This document shows, piece after piece, positions 54,501-63,655 of a DNA stretch of 64,000 nt (its first letter is position 1; every line of letters starts with the position of its first letter). Source of the stretch: a virus (Duplodnaviria; Caudoviricetes); IMG/VR virus record IMGVR_UViG_3300020411_000002, one strand, 5' to 3'. The position numbers were made by a program, and so were the translations under genes. A model generated the notes under the pieces. That model did not search any database. It was not told where the DNA came from and saw only the letters and a program-made list of their open reading frames with translations.

Positions 54501-54780
54501 AGTTTACGATAAGATAATCGAATTCATCAATGCTGTATTCTGACTGATAGTAGTCATACGCTAAATCCGTAAGACCGAAGAATACACTATCAGTGTAGCC
54601 GCTTAGTATCTCACCATTCTTTAAGTCTTCGGTAGGAACATGATCCAACACAAAGAGAATTTTACCAGCGGGCTTTTTAGCTTTATGTTTGAGTAGTGCC
54701 AAATCGCCGCCAAACTTTTCAACACGTTCAACGTAGCGATTTTTAAACTCAAAATCAAAATCAATATAAGTCTGAGACAT
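51589..54780 (-). CDS. polA: Family A DNA polymerase with 3'-5' exonuclease and N-terminal UDG-like domain
   Basis: Exo motifs IDTET, NAQFD, YCSLD; TGRTSASDPNLQQIP; motif A DYSAHEVR; motif B RNSVKTVIFGLIY; motif C VHDS. Confidence 0.95.
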   Translation of the reverse strand: MSQTYIDFDFEFKNRYVERVEKFGGDLALLKHKAKKPAGKILFVLDHVPTEDLKNGEILSGYTDSVFFGLTDLAYDYYQSEYSIDEFDYLIVNFNCFKTYKESEDFQNEAKLEFSRRLKKIITDYKPDIVHTFGKDPQYALNRETILEFKNFDQHFLGVPVDTSVEYQNKSHEFKHVASLSFNSVLESRSNPTNTPNLLGYMARNLVTTLDGGDLRYAIPFVADEKKRNYKIEYVDTIDKFKKCLKRMAKAEILAIDTETDGLYRVCSKIQTVQMSDDGKTAFIIPIYHYSTPFTPSELKLIRSLFRKFFEKQARNRFQVYTNAQFDLNIMRSNFGVRYYRCDVWDIQAGEFAMDENMKFLGTLLGNGYYSLANLSMQYGCRSFYTSSFGKEARATIHQVDLDEPVLEYCSLDVIVPWHIYYKQIERAKDIDYKLYEKLVGNQISDQIHTFSCLESTGAYADVEYLFKLEHPNSPINTEIAKIEAAIYTSDAVRKVNELISKDRNVPKHGLFGKTTAKENFSLNKEEHKQMLFFDVLELEPVGDPGKKKRANGDLQYKLDKDFQKFHKDNKIVSLYTEWQKANKLKSAYVKNLLKLWATNEDFKFDQRIRPRYSYQKVVTGRTSASDPNLQQIPSRSELGKLIKRIFASRPGKLLIKVDYSAHEVRGWSIISGDQGVADLFQTGADLRNRFRAVPDELIARRIVDEGDVHRLNTSYFFGIPITMREKIAELRNSVKTVIFGLIYQQGDKGLAASSGRTVDEIVDLKAKFLKRFPVGLKWFEKIKNFARKNLFVESPVGRRRHLWSLMLPSEYPNFGFVNSSQERRSVNSPVQGFGSDLMMIGIRNINRMMYEHYEKTGHYPDMHLSVSVHDSVTVEVGYEDVWLALDLIERGLTTEVVKQVQNRIKGFTFTSLPEIDFEIGATEKHVKGWDFSYEGIKDIIKQTLKDQVEDLGHSDLDIDVAYHTIMETQYDTMPDWMKKQLWSNGIDIESKGEDIRSKKDKQEAKSFVSEIKANLSKLAKLKASEEKKGKEKSFKHKRLMQIARRESERLKALEQYREEMAE

Positions 54781-54843
54781 ATTGGGCTTTTATCAGTTAA
54801 TTGAACTCAATGGTACTTTACACTTTTTCATATTGCAGACACG

Positions 54844-54866
54844 AAAAAGGGAAGCCGAAGCTTCCC
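54844..54866 (-). terminator. Intrinsic terminator with UUCG loop
   Basis: GGGAAGC-TTCG-GCTTCCC-TTTTT on the minus strand. Confidence 0.9.
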
Positions 54867-54871
54867 CTTTG

Positions 54872-55315
54872 TTAACCCGGTAATTTACGGGTCTTTTGAT
54901 TAGAAGATTTAGACGAATCTTTATCTTCTGAATCTTTTTTGTCTTCAACAGGTTTAGACTTTTGAGCCTGAACAACATCTTCGAGCTTTTCTGCCTTCAC
55001 TGTTTCGCGACGATTATCATACACTTCAGGCAAATCTCCTAACCACTCACGAATACGTTCATCTGTCAGTTCATCACATTTCAGATATCCACGATTCATT
55101 GGGTCAAGATAAATTCCTGTAGGAAACTTACTGTTAGCATTAAGCTCAAATGGCATACCACCATTCGGATATGCAGGCTTGAATTTGGGACTTCTTTCAA
55201 ACTCTTGCTTTGCTGCAATAGTCTGCTTAGACCAAATACCATCACACTTGCCTGTATAGTAACCTAATGCTTTCAAAATCATTTGCTGATTCTGAATAAG
55301 TCGTCTGTTAACCAT
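54872..55315 (-). CDS. Peptidoglycan-binding (PG_binding_1-like) domain protein
   Basis: QMILKALGYYTGKCDGIWSKQTIAA..EFE. Confidence 0.7.
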   Translation of the reverse strand: MVNRRLIQNQQMILKALGYYTGKCDGIWSKQTIAAKQEFERSPKFKPAYPNGGMPFELNANSKFPTGIYLDPMNRGYLKCDELTDERIREWLGDLPEVYDNRRETVKAEKLEDVVQAQKSKPVEDKKDSEDKDSSKSSNQKTRKLPG

Positions 55316-55344
55316 AGTGACTCCTGTTAAGAGAAAGCAAGGGA

Positions 55345-58300
55345 TTAATTCCCTTGCAGTTCTCGATTGTGTTCTCTGGTACGAACAGGTTTAAGTTGAG
55401 CTAAGTCTTTTGCAAGTTCTTCCATGTTAGTAATGGTATAACCTGCTTTACGTAAATCACGAATCTTAGCTTTCGCGTTAGTTCTGTTCACAGCAAAGAA
55501 GACCGCCATGCCTGGGTGAAGTTTCCACTTACCAAATTTACCAGCGCCCGGCATTGTTTTACCAATGTGCTTTTGCATTAACGGGTTAGTTTTCATATCC
55601 ACTGTTAGACGTAAACGATCATCTAAGATAGCTGGATAGATTTTGATAACTTTTCTGTTCTGAGACTGACGGTGTCTAGTACGGAAGAAGTTAGGTAAGT
55701 CTGCTTGTACCTTAACAGCTAATTGAAGATTGAAACCTAAAGTACGAGTTTCTTCTTCAAACGCGTCCATTACAGCACCAAGACGGTTTGCACTAGGCTG
55801 ATCATATCCGATGTTATCTTCAATGTAGTCTAGAGCTTTTTCGAAGTGCATATAACGCTGGAACTCACAGTAAGCAAATTCACCAAACGGTGCAAAACCT
55901 AGACTCTTCAAGTCTGCCGCATCTGGGTCATCAGCGTTAACGTGAAGCGCAAGGAAACCATTATAGACAGAAGCAATAACTTCGATGTTCATATCTTTAA
56001 TTGGCTTACCTGAATCATCAACAGTCTGTACTTTACCAGTGTTATCTTTAGGTAGTTCAGAAACTTTGGTAATTCCTGCATTAACAGGACGACCTTCTTT
56101 GATGTTCTCTTCACGTTTCTTCTTCTTCTCGTCCAAGCGGTCTTGCTGCTTACGTTTCTTCTCGATTTCTCGATTACGTGCAGCTTCTTGCTCACGACGG
56201 GCATCTTCGGCTTGCTTAGCTTTACGTGCTTCGCGTTCAATACGCTTACGTTCAGTTTCAGTAGCCCAAGGCTTATTGGTTTTGAAGAATCTGTCTAAAT
56301 CTGCTTGTGATACTTTGGCAGCAACAAACACTTTACGACTATCAACTTTACCCAATTCATCGTTTGCGTTGTAACGAATCTGTAGAACAGAAACAGGCTG
56401 ACGCGGGTCAATAACTTTCTTACCATCACGCATAATAAAGTTTTTAGACCAACCTACTACAGTACCTGTACCAAACTCAGTACGAACAGGAAGACCACGA
56501 ATCAGTTTAGTAACGTCTTGCTCTGTTACATTAAGAAGAGCTTCTATATTGTTATCGAAGTTCTTCTCCGTCCACTGACCGTACCATGATGGAAAATCGA
56601 TTAGACCAAAACCGTCTGGATCAGGAATCTTCTGGTTCGCTAAGATAGGCACATTGTCTATTCTAGCAAAGTCTTCTTCGATAGGTACAATAGGTAAGTT
56701 CTGCATCGTTGCCAATGTAGTCTTACGCATTTCGTGGAACTCTTGACCCTCAATAGCATTAAGCTTAGCTTTAGCTTCGAAGTGTTCCCAAAAACCAGCA
56801 ATGCCCTCAGTAGCCGCTTTGATGAGAGTAGGAATGTTCATCTTGATTGGGTCAAGAGTCATTTCCATAATCGCATCGTAACGTGGGTTACCTTTTTCAT
56901 CGAACTTGGTTTTGTCTATTGTCTTCCACATCAAACGTGCAATCTTGGCAACCTCTAGTGAACTCTTAGTGATTAACCAATCGATGTAGATAACTTCTCG
57001 ACGCATATCCCCAGGCTTACCATCTACAATCTTAGCAGCAGACGGGTCAGGTCGGAAGATACGTGCAGTAGACTGTTCGTAGTCACCTGGCGACCAAGGC
57101 GTTTCAACACGAATAATACGTGAAGCCATTTGCATGTTGTGCCCTTCTGAAATTGCTTGTTCGTTAGCAATCAGAATACGCACTTCTGGGTCGTTCTTAA
57201 AGTCTTCGATTTGTTGCCACTTGTCATCTAACTGACCGTGGAATCTTCGAGCCATACCTTTGTAACGCTCTGGTAAAGCTGCATAGATAGCATCGGTACT
57301 ACGAGTATAACGACAGAAGATAAGAACCTTACCATGCATTTCCTCTTTCCAGTTTTCTGTATCTTCTGTAGGAGGAATTACGCTAGCTGGTGTTTCACGA
57401 CGTTTCAACGATACTTCATCTGTCTCTAGACGACGGCGCATGAATCGACGCTTTTCATATTCAACAACATCAAGCTCACGCACTTTCATGCCCGGCTCCC
57501 AATGTTGAATAACAGCAGTTGCATTATAATCGCCTGAATACTTATCAACTTTGAAGTGTCTGTCTAGACGTTCAACAACGGCACGAACCTTTGGTGTCTG
57601 ATAATCACTTGGAACGTTAGCAGCTTTAGCCGCATCTTGGAAAGCTTCATCACCCCAAGGGTCAGTAAGAATCTGTTCCAATCGTTGCATGTGACCGTCA
57701 AACTTCATCGGGTCAATCATTGCCAATTCGTCATCTTCATCAAAATCTAAATCGACAGTATCGTTGTCTTCGCTATCTTCGGTCTTTTTCTTTTTAGACG
57801 CGTTACTGATAGCAGCATTCAGTTCGTCAAACGTTTGCTCTAACAGAGCCATGTAGGTCTTAAAGAAAACCTCGTTGTATGGGTCTTTATCGTCATCCAA
57901 TTCAATCTCTAAGAAAGAGTCAATTGGATTCGGAAGCATGAAGGCCCATTCTTTACGCTTAACAGTAATAACCGCTGCGTGTTGACCTAACTTACTACGA
58001 ACACGAACAGCACCATCAGGTTCATCGGCATCGATAGCAAAGTCATCTGGTGTACGGAAGATGTGAGAAGAGAACAAAGCACTTTGTCCTACAGCATCTT
58101 TTAGTAGACCGTGAATGAATGTACCAGTAAGCAAACGAGTGTATAAAACCCCAGGCATTGTAAATATTTGTTTAACAGTAGAGTGTACTGCCGACACGTT
58201 ACCTGCTGCTGGGTCAAATGTTTTTGCTTTATGTGATTCATCAAGAGCCACATAGTTAAAGCCAAGACGTTTAATAAACTCAGTACCACCGTAAAGCTTC

Positions 58301-61131
58301 AACTTCTGAGGGCCGTAAGAAATATCTTGCGCACCATTCTTTAAGAAGTGAATACCAGTAAAGAACATAGTGTTACGAGGAGCGTTACGGACAAGCTCTT
58401 CTAAACGTTCCATGCCCCAAGTTTCGAAAGACTCTTTGGTAATAGGAACAGCATTCCATGTACCTTTAGTAATCTTTGCCAAGTCTTCACACCAGTTAGC
58501 ACATAGTCTATCAGGTGAGATAATGATAGGCTTAATAGGTTCACCAGCTTCTGCTGCCATAGAACCAATATCTAACAATAGCGTAATAGTTTTACCACCA
58601 CCTGGGTGTATATCTAGAAGCGCGTGTTTTGGCTTACGGCGTAAATACTTGTGAGCTTTAATTTGGTGAGGGAATACTTGACTGCCCTCAGCAATGCCCG
58701 GCATACGAATATCTTCAACGTCAATCGATTCATCAGGCTGATACGACTCTGCTTCTTCTTCCGCTTGTCTAAAGATATCTACCGCGTTAGGTACATACTT
58801 TGAATACATAAACGCAAGAGGCATGATAACACGACTAACTGTAGTAAATGGTAATGAATAGCCACCTATAATTGGGTTAAACTCTTGAAGAGGCTTAGTT
58901 AAAAGCTTAACGTCTGCTTTGGTAATCGCTTCACATGCTTTCTTAAATACAAGACCACCTAAGTAGTTGTACAAGTTACCAAACTCATACATCGAACTAG
59001 ACTGCGGGTGGAAGTAAGCGTTATGGTCACGAGCTTCTGTGTGAGCGTTATCGATACCAACTTCATCAACAAGAATCTTGTATAGGTTAGTACCCGGCGT
59101 TGCAGTAGCATCACGCATTGCATCTAGAAGAAGAACATAGATAACGTTAGCTTCTGAGTTTTCATCTTTAACTAACAGATTGCCGCGTTCATCTAGATAC
59201 TTACTATATAAAGTACGGTCTAGAGGTGAACTAGACAGGTCTGTAAGGTCTAGCTCTTGCATAGCTTCTTTTATGATGACCTGCAAGTCACGCATAGCAT
59301 TCTTACGTGATAAGAATACCATAGTCTGTAGCAAGTTTTTAAATTGCTTAGAGTAGACGAAAGAAAACAGACTAGAGATATCCCGACCGTCATAGATAGA
59401 CGTAGCCTTTAATTCTTTTTCGCCAACCATTTCTGCAAAGTCAGTTCCAGGCACCATGTAGTTAAGAGTTTCTAAAAACGTCTTAGCTTGACGGCGTTCG
59501 CCTTCTTCTGAGAAATCGTAACCAAGGTAATCAGAAATAGCCAGTGCGCTTGGTGTAGTAGTACCATTCATATCGGTTGATAACTGAGTGAATGGGCTAC
59601 CAGTACCAGTAGTAAGAAAAACATTGTAGTCCCAGTTAAACGCGATTAGTGAACCACGAAAACGAGAAAGTTCTTCTTTACTGCTACGAACAGACTTTTC
59701 GATATTTGGGTCTTGCTTTGCTACTGCGAATGCTTTACTTAGAAGCGTTTTGCTTTCAGTAAGAGGAGCACCTGCTGCGTATGAGGCACGCAATGCATCT
59801 TCCATCTTAGCTTCGTATTCTGCCGCGTTATCTAAATCAACGTCATCAGCACGAGGCATAAAGCTAAGAAGTCCACGAGGGGACACACAAATACGATCTT
59901 CGTTTACACGACCTGGGTCTTGTGGATAGCCGTTCTCTTCGCGGTGCTTAATAAGAATGCTGTTCTTAGAAGCTGGAACAATGTAACGAGGAATCTTGTT
60001 CCATTGCGCACCATGAGTAGCAGAACCTTTAGTACGCATATATACGCGTGACCATTGCGTAACCCAAGTACTTAACGCGTAGTAGTTAAGTGAGCCGTCT
60101 GTAGTTTGAGAAATATAGTCAACAAACTCTTTAGGCATGTGGATAGAGTACGAAACAGAAAACTTCGAAAGTTTAGCAGCTTCGCGAGTAACCAAGTCTT
60201 CGTTTATAGGTGCTTTAGGCTCCAAGTACGAATCAGGGTTTTCTTGCTTGTACGCGTATTCACCAGCGTAAGAAGCATACTCTTCCGCAATAGTTCTATC
60301 AGGCGCAATCATAATCAAGAATGAGTACGTATCATTCATTACTGGGTTATTAGGAATTGAATCAAAGATATCAATTGAGAAACCCATGTTGCGGGCAAAC
60401 ACCTGATTCAACATCTTAAAGTCGAAGTCTACTGGAATAGAAGCCTGCTTCCATTCGTGAGCATTTGAAACATCAGACGCCTTACCAAAGATCATTTGGT
60501 GAATTTCATCCATTGTCTTCAAAGCATTTTGCGCGACTTCACTTTCATAGTGCTGCAAGCGAGTTGTTTCGTATGTGCCATTCTTAGGGTTAGACATAGG
60601 CTTAACATCGTACTGATCGATGTAGCTAGTAAAACCAGAAGAAACTGCACTAGTGTAGTTAGGAGTACCGACAAACTTAATGTCTTTACCGCCTTTATAT
60701 TTCTTACTTTCTTCAATGATGTGGTATTGACCGCTACCAATAGTAGCAAGGAATCCTTTAATGAATTCGTCTTTAACTTTTGGCAAGTCTGTTACTGACT
60801 TAATCATTGATAAGCGACTTAGAAAAGCCGACTGTAAGTCTTCTGGTGAATAGTCTTCAAGGACTCCACCGTTAGTTACAGCGTAAGCAAGAAGACGCTG
60901 TAAGTTGTTAAACATTATAGAGATATCAATAGCGTTAATAGCTAACTGCGGAATCTCACGGCCTTTTACCTGCTCAGTTTTCTTAGAAGCAAAGAAGCGC
61001 TGTTCAAAGCGGTCGTTGTCTTTTTCAGAAAGTTTAACAGGTGCTAGGTCATCGACTAGTGAGTCGAATGAACCACTTAGACTCTGTAACGTGTGAGAGA
61101 CTACAGTACTCACCTTAGATTCTACGAGCAT
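55345..61131 (-). CDS. Very large SNF2-family helicase/ATPase (1928 aa)
   Basis: QIFPHQ-type Q motif (VFPHQ), HPGGGKT, LDESH, LLTGT, VLIFCRY, EGHNMQ.A..IIRVE.PW.PGDYEQS.AR. Confidence 0.85.
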   Translation of the reverse strand: MLVESKVSTVVSHTLQSLSGSFDSLVDDLAPVKLSEKDNDRFEQRFFASKKTEQVKGREIPQLAINAIDISIMFNNLQRLLAYAVTNGGVLEDYSPEDLQSAFLSRLSMIKSVTDLPKVKDEFIKGFLATIGSGQYHIIEESKKYKGGKDIKFVGTPNYTSAVSSGFTSYIDQYDVKPMSNPKNGTYETTRLQHYESEVAQNALKTMDEIHQMIFGKASDVSNAHEWKQASIPVDFDFKMLNQVFARNMGFSIDIFDSIPNNPVMNDTYSFLIMIAPDRTIAEEYASYAGEYAYKQENPDSYLEPKAPINEDLVTREAAKLSKFSVSYSIHMPKEFVDYISQTTDGSLNYYALSTWVTQWSRVYMRTKGSATHGAQWNKIPRYIVPASKNSILIKHREENGYPQDPGRVNEDRICVSPRGLLSFMPRADDVDLDNAAEYEAKMEDALRASYAAGAPLTESKTLLSKAFAVAKQDPNIEKSVRSSKEELSRFRGSLIAFNWDYNVFLTTGTGSPFTQLSTDMNGTTTPSALAISDYLGYDFSEEGERRQAKTFLETLNYMVPGTDFAEMVGEKELKATSIYDGRDISSLFSFVYSKQFKNLLQTMVFLSRKNAMRDLQVIIKEAMQELDLTDLSSSPLDRTLYSKYLDERGNLLVKDENSEANVIYVLLLDAMRDATATPGTNLYKILVDEVGIDNAHTEARDHNAYFHPQSSSMYEFGNLYNYLGGLVFKKACEAITKADVKLLTKPLQEFNPIIGGYSLPFTTVSRVIMPLAFMYSKYVPNAVDIFRQAEEEAESYQPDESIDVEDIRMPGIAEGSQVFPHQIKAHKYLRRKPKHALLDIHPGGGKTITLLLDIGSMAAEAGEPIKPIIISPDRLCANWCEDLAKITKGTWNAVPITKESFETWGMERLEELVRNAPRNTMFFTGIHFLKNGAQDISYGPQKLKLYGGTEFIKRLGFNYVALDESHKAKTFDPAAGNVSAVHSTVKQIFTMPGVLYTRLLTGTFIHGLLKDAVGQSALFSSHIFRTPDDFAIDADEPDGAVRVRSKLGQHAAVITVKRKEWAFMLPNPIDSFLEIELDDDKDPYNEVFFKTYMALLEQTFDELNAAISNASKKKKTEDSEDNDTVDLDFDEDDELAMIDPMKFDGHMQRLEQILTDPWGDEAFQDAAKAANVPSDYQTPKVRAVVERLDRHFKVDKYSGDYNATAVIQHWEPGMKVRELDVVEYEKRRFMRRRLETDEVSLKRRETPASVIPPTEDTENWKEEMHGKVLIFCRYTRSTDAIYAALPERYKGMARRFHGQLDDKWQQIEDFKNDPEVRILIANEQAISEGHNMQMASRIIRVETPWSPGDYEQSTARIFRPDPSAAKIVDGKPGDMRREVIYIDWLITKSSLEVAKIARLMWKTIDKTKFDEKGNPRYDAIMEMTLDPIKMNIPTLIKAATEGIAGFWEHFEAKAKLNAIEGQEFHEMRKTTLATMQNLPIVPIEEDFARIDNVPILANQKIPDPDGFGLIDFPSWYGQWTEKNFDNNIEALLNVTEQDVTKLIRGLPVRTEFGTGTVVGWSKNFIMRDGKKVIDPRQPVSVLQIRYNANDELGKVDSRKVFVAAKVSQADLDRFFKTNKPWATETERKRIEREARKAKQAEDARREQEAARNREIEKKRKQQDRLDEKKKKREENIKEGRPVNAGITKVSELPKDNTGKVQTVDDSGKPIKDMNIEVIASVYNGFLALHVNADDPDAADLKSLGFAPFGEFAYCEFQRYMHFEKALDYIEDNIGYDQPSANRLGAVMDAFEEETRTLGFNLQLAVKVQADLPNFFRTRHRQSQNRKVIKIYPAILDDRLRLTVDMKTNPLMQKHIGKTMPGAGKFGKWKLHPGMAVFFAVNRTNAKAKIRDLRKAGYTITNMEELAKDLAQLKPVRTREHNRELQGN

Positions 61132-61140
61132 GGTAAATCC

Positions 61141-61698
61141 TTAGTCAATATAGTTATGCCAAAAATCTGGGTAATCCAGCGAATGTTGTCGGGCTTCGTC
61201 AATCAGCATAGTAGCGTAGATTTTACGAAACTTGGGTTTGTATGTTCGCCAGAATTCAGGATTGCTGTACTGAAACATTACATCAGCGAAACGATTAGCA
61301 AGCAAGTAATTACTAAACTGTTCACGAATGTTCGCGATAAGTAGATCATCCTCTGCGTCTTCATCAGAGAACACCGACTGACCGTCATAGAATTCGTCGT
61401 CATCTGCGGCTGAAATATTTTCAAGCGCCGATCGGTTTTTGCTATCCATAACCATAACAAGTTTAAGCAATGAATTAATCAAAGCATCTTTGTCTTTAGG
61501 TTCTTCGGGCAGTGTAAAGTTGTTCTTGACTGCAATGTCACGAATGGAACTGAGAATATTTTCATTCTCAACACCTAAATCGCCAGTCGTAGTAGAACTA
61601 TTGGATAGAAGGCGCCCTACTATTTCTTGTGCTTCTTGAGAATACTTTGAGCAGTCCTTAAGAACCTGCAAAAAGCTATCATTTGTTTTGTTCATCAT
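61141..61698 (-). CDS. Hypothetical protein
   Basis: ORF track; AAGG SD. Confidence 0.6.
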   Translation of the reverse strand: MMNKTNDSFLQVLKDCSKYSQEAQEIVGRLLSNSSTTTGDLGVENENILSSIRDIAVKNNFTLPEEPKDKDALINSLLKLVMVMDSKNRSALENISAADDDEFYDGQSVFSDEDAEDDLLIANIREQFSNYLLANRFADVMFQYSNPEFWRTYKPKFRKIYATMLIDEARQHSLDYPDFWHNYID

Positions 61699-61704
61699 GT
61701 TACC

Positions 61705-62550
61705 TTAAACTTTTGATAGTACGGTGTCTAAACTTTTGAGCAAGCTATTCGAATCAGACATTGATACAACACCAGAATAAGTGCTGTATTGCATAACAGC
61801 TAGACTAGTACCGTTGTTAAGAAAACGTAGGTCATAGTTTTTGTTGTAGTACCAACCATATTCAGGAATGTTCATCAAAGAAGAAACATCTTGGGGCTTA
61901 TTATAGGTTAGAGTATTGTGTTTCCCTCTATACAAGTAACCGTCAAGATAAGTTTCTAAGATAAAGTCTACAGTAGCTTTTCTGTACCTGCTTTCCATAG
62001 TATCCATTTGACCTAAAACAGGTATCTGCTTTTTCTTAGGAAAGAGTAAATACAAGGTCTTTATAACAGGGAAAGGACATACATTAAACTTGCTACTTTC
62101 TGGTGTCTTGTTCGGCAAAATCATCTGATAGGATACGTCCCTAATAGAGAAATACTTCAATGCCTTACACAAGTTTAAATTACTTAATGTGAGTCTATAT
62201 TCTGATTTTACACTCAGAAGTAGGTCATTCTTGATTGTTTCAAGGACCCTGAATGGAGGTGTAATATGGTTGTTCTGTAGAAAGCAAGCCCAAACCATTA
62301 GAACATTGTAGTTAAAATCTACAGGTACTCTATCAGTAACAAGCTGATTCACATAAGGCGAGTTTATGAAAGCAGTCCAAAGTTGCTGCATTTCCTCTGA
62401 ACCTAGTTCGGGAGATCTAGGAGGAAACTTAGCGCTCAGTCTATGCTGTATTGAACCACCTGCGCGTTTGACTACGCTAGCTCTTGCTTCTCTTATCATT
62501 GCGTATCTTCCGTATTCTTTCTGCTGAACCTTTAAGAAGCTTACCACCAC
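61705..62550 (-). CDS. Hypothetical protein (start may be ATG 62499)
   Basis: ORF track. Confidence 0.6.
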   Translation of the reverse strand: MVVSFLKVQQKEYGRYAMIREARASVVKRAGGSIQHRLSAKFPPRSPELGSEEMQQLWTAFINSPYVNQLVTDRVPVDFNYNVLMVWACFLQNNHITPPFRVLETIKNDLLLSVKSEYRLTLSNLNLCKALKYFSIRDVSYQMILPNKTPESSKFNVCPFPVIKTLYLLFPKKKQIPVLGQMDTMESRYRKATVDFILETYLDGYLYRGKHNTLTYNKPQDVSSLMNIPEYGWYYNKNYDLRFLNNGTSLAVMQYSTYSGVVSMSDSNSLLKSLDTVLSKV

Positions 62551-62887
62551 GTTTGTTAGCTTTGCCTAACTTGTTGCTATGACAATCGCTACATAGAGTA
62601 GTTAGATTATATGCGACAGTCTTACCACCTCTAGATATAGGTATAATGTGGTCAACAGTCAAAACAACATTGCTGTACTCGCCGGGAAAACAACACGCAC
62701 CGCATCTTGTACACGTATGATTATCACGTATAAGAATTGATTCACGTATAGCAGCCCAGTTTTCTGTGTAGTGATTAATAGAAGTTCCCTGCACACTACG
62801 TATGCGATCAGAAGTACGTACACGACCTCTTAGACCTGTAGCATTACGTTGTGCAAGTCCACCTCTACGTTTCTTTCCTATGCTCAT
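62477..62887 (-). CDS. HNH endonuclease
   Basis: RDNHTCTRCG...VDHIIPISRGG...NLTTLCSDCHSNK. Confidence 0.9.
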   Translation of the reverse strand: MSIGKKRRGGLAQRNATGLRGRVRTSDRIRSVQGTSINHYTENWAAIRESILIRDNHTCTRCGACCFPGEYSNVVLTVDHIIPISRGGKTVAYNLTTLCSDCHSNKLGKANKRGGKLLKGSAERIRKIRNDKRSKS

Positions 62888-63594
62888 TTGTTACCAGCCG
62901 AGAATAATGCATCAGCAGCCTTATTACCACTGTTTACAGATTCTTGTATCTTAACTCCTGCTTCACGGGCATAGTTAGATAGCTTTTCTTTGACTAGTAT
63001 TACAACGCTTGGCTCTAATGTAGTCTGTAGATAAGACATAACCTCTTTGTGATATTCCACAATAGCAGCCGCGCTAGAGTGAGCTAGAGGTTTAACTATT
63101 TGGTCTTTAATCATTTCAGAGAACTGAGAAAAGTCGGACATAGCTTTCATATCTGCAATAATCTCACGCATTTCTGCATAAGCCTTTAAAGCCGCATACA
63201 TATCTTTACTTTGTTTGGTTTCAAGATATTTCTTTTCTGCAATACGCGCCATACGACTAAGTGTTTTAAACATGTGTCCATATTCGTTAACATGTTGTAT
63301 TTCATCCTGCATTACATCAGGAAGTTTATCTAATAGCTCGGCTTGGTGTTGTTCAAATTCATCTATCAAAGCAAGCGATTGCGTTTTGTCTACTGGAGGC
63401 TTTTTACGGGCAGCTTTAGATTTAGTTGATTTATCTTTTGGTGCTGCACTACGAGCTTTGCGTTTGCGTACCCGCTTTTTAGGAGTTTCTGTTTCTTTCG
63501 TGTCTTCTACTTCTACACGTTTGCGTCTTCTTATACGCTTCTTACTAGGAGTCTCAATATTGAAGTCCCCTAATTCCATTTCTTTAATTGCCAT
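62884..63594 (-). CDS. Hypothetical protein with basic N-terminus and helical body
   Basis: GGAG SD; K/R-rich first 65 aa. Confidence 0.65.
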   Translation of the reverse strand: MAIKEMELGDFNIETPSKKRIRRRKRVEVEDTKETETPKKRVRKRKARSAAPKDKSTKSKAARKKPPVDKTQSLALIDEFEQHQAELLDKLPDVMQDEIQHVNEYGHMFKTLSRMARIAEKKYLETKQSKDMYAALKAYAEMREIIADMKAMSDFSQFSEMIKDQIVKPLAHSSAAAIVEYHKEVMSYLQTTLEPSVVILVKEKLSNYAREAGVKIQESVNSGNKAADALFSAGNK

Positions 63595-63609
63595 AATTGC
63601 TCCAAAAGC

Positions 63610-63635
63610 AAAAAAGGGCCAATCAAGGCCCTTTT
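63610..63635 (-). terminator. Intrinsic terminator (possibly bidirectional)
   Basis: AAAAGGGCC-TTGATT-GGCCCTTTTTT. Confidence 0.8.
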
Positions 63636-63655
63636 GTCACAGCTTGGTATTGGGC

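Noticed and set aside
62477-62887. HNH as a homing endonuclease in an intron or as a mobile element
   Set aside because: It is free-standing and overlaps neighbours in operon fashion; no interrupted host gene or intron structure was seen. It may be a packaging-associated or freestanding nuclease.
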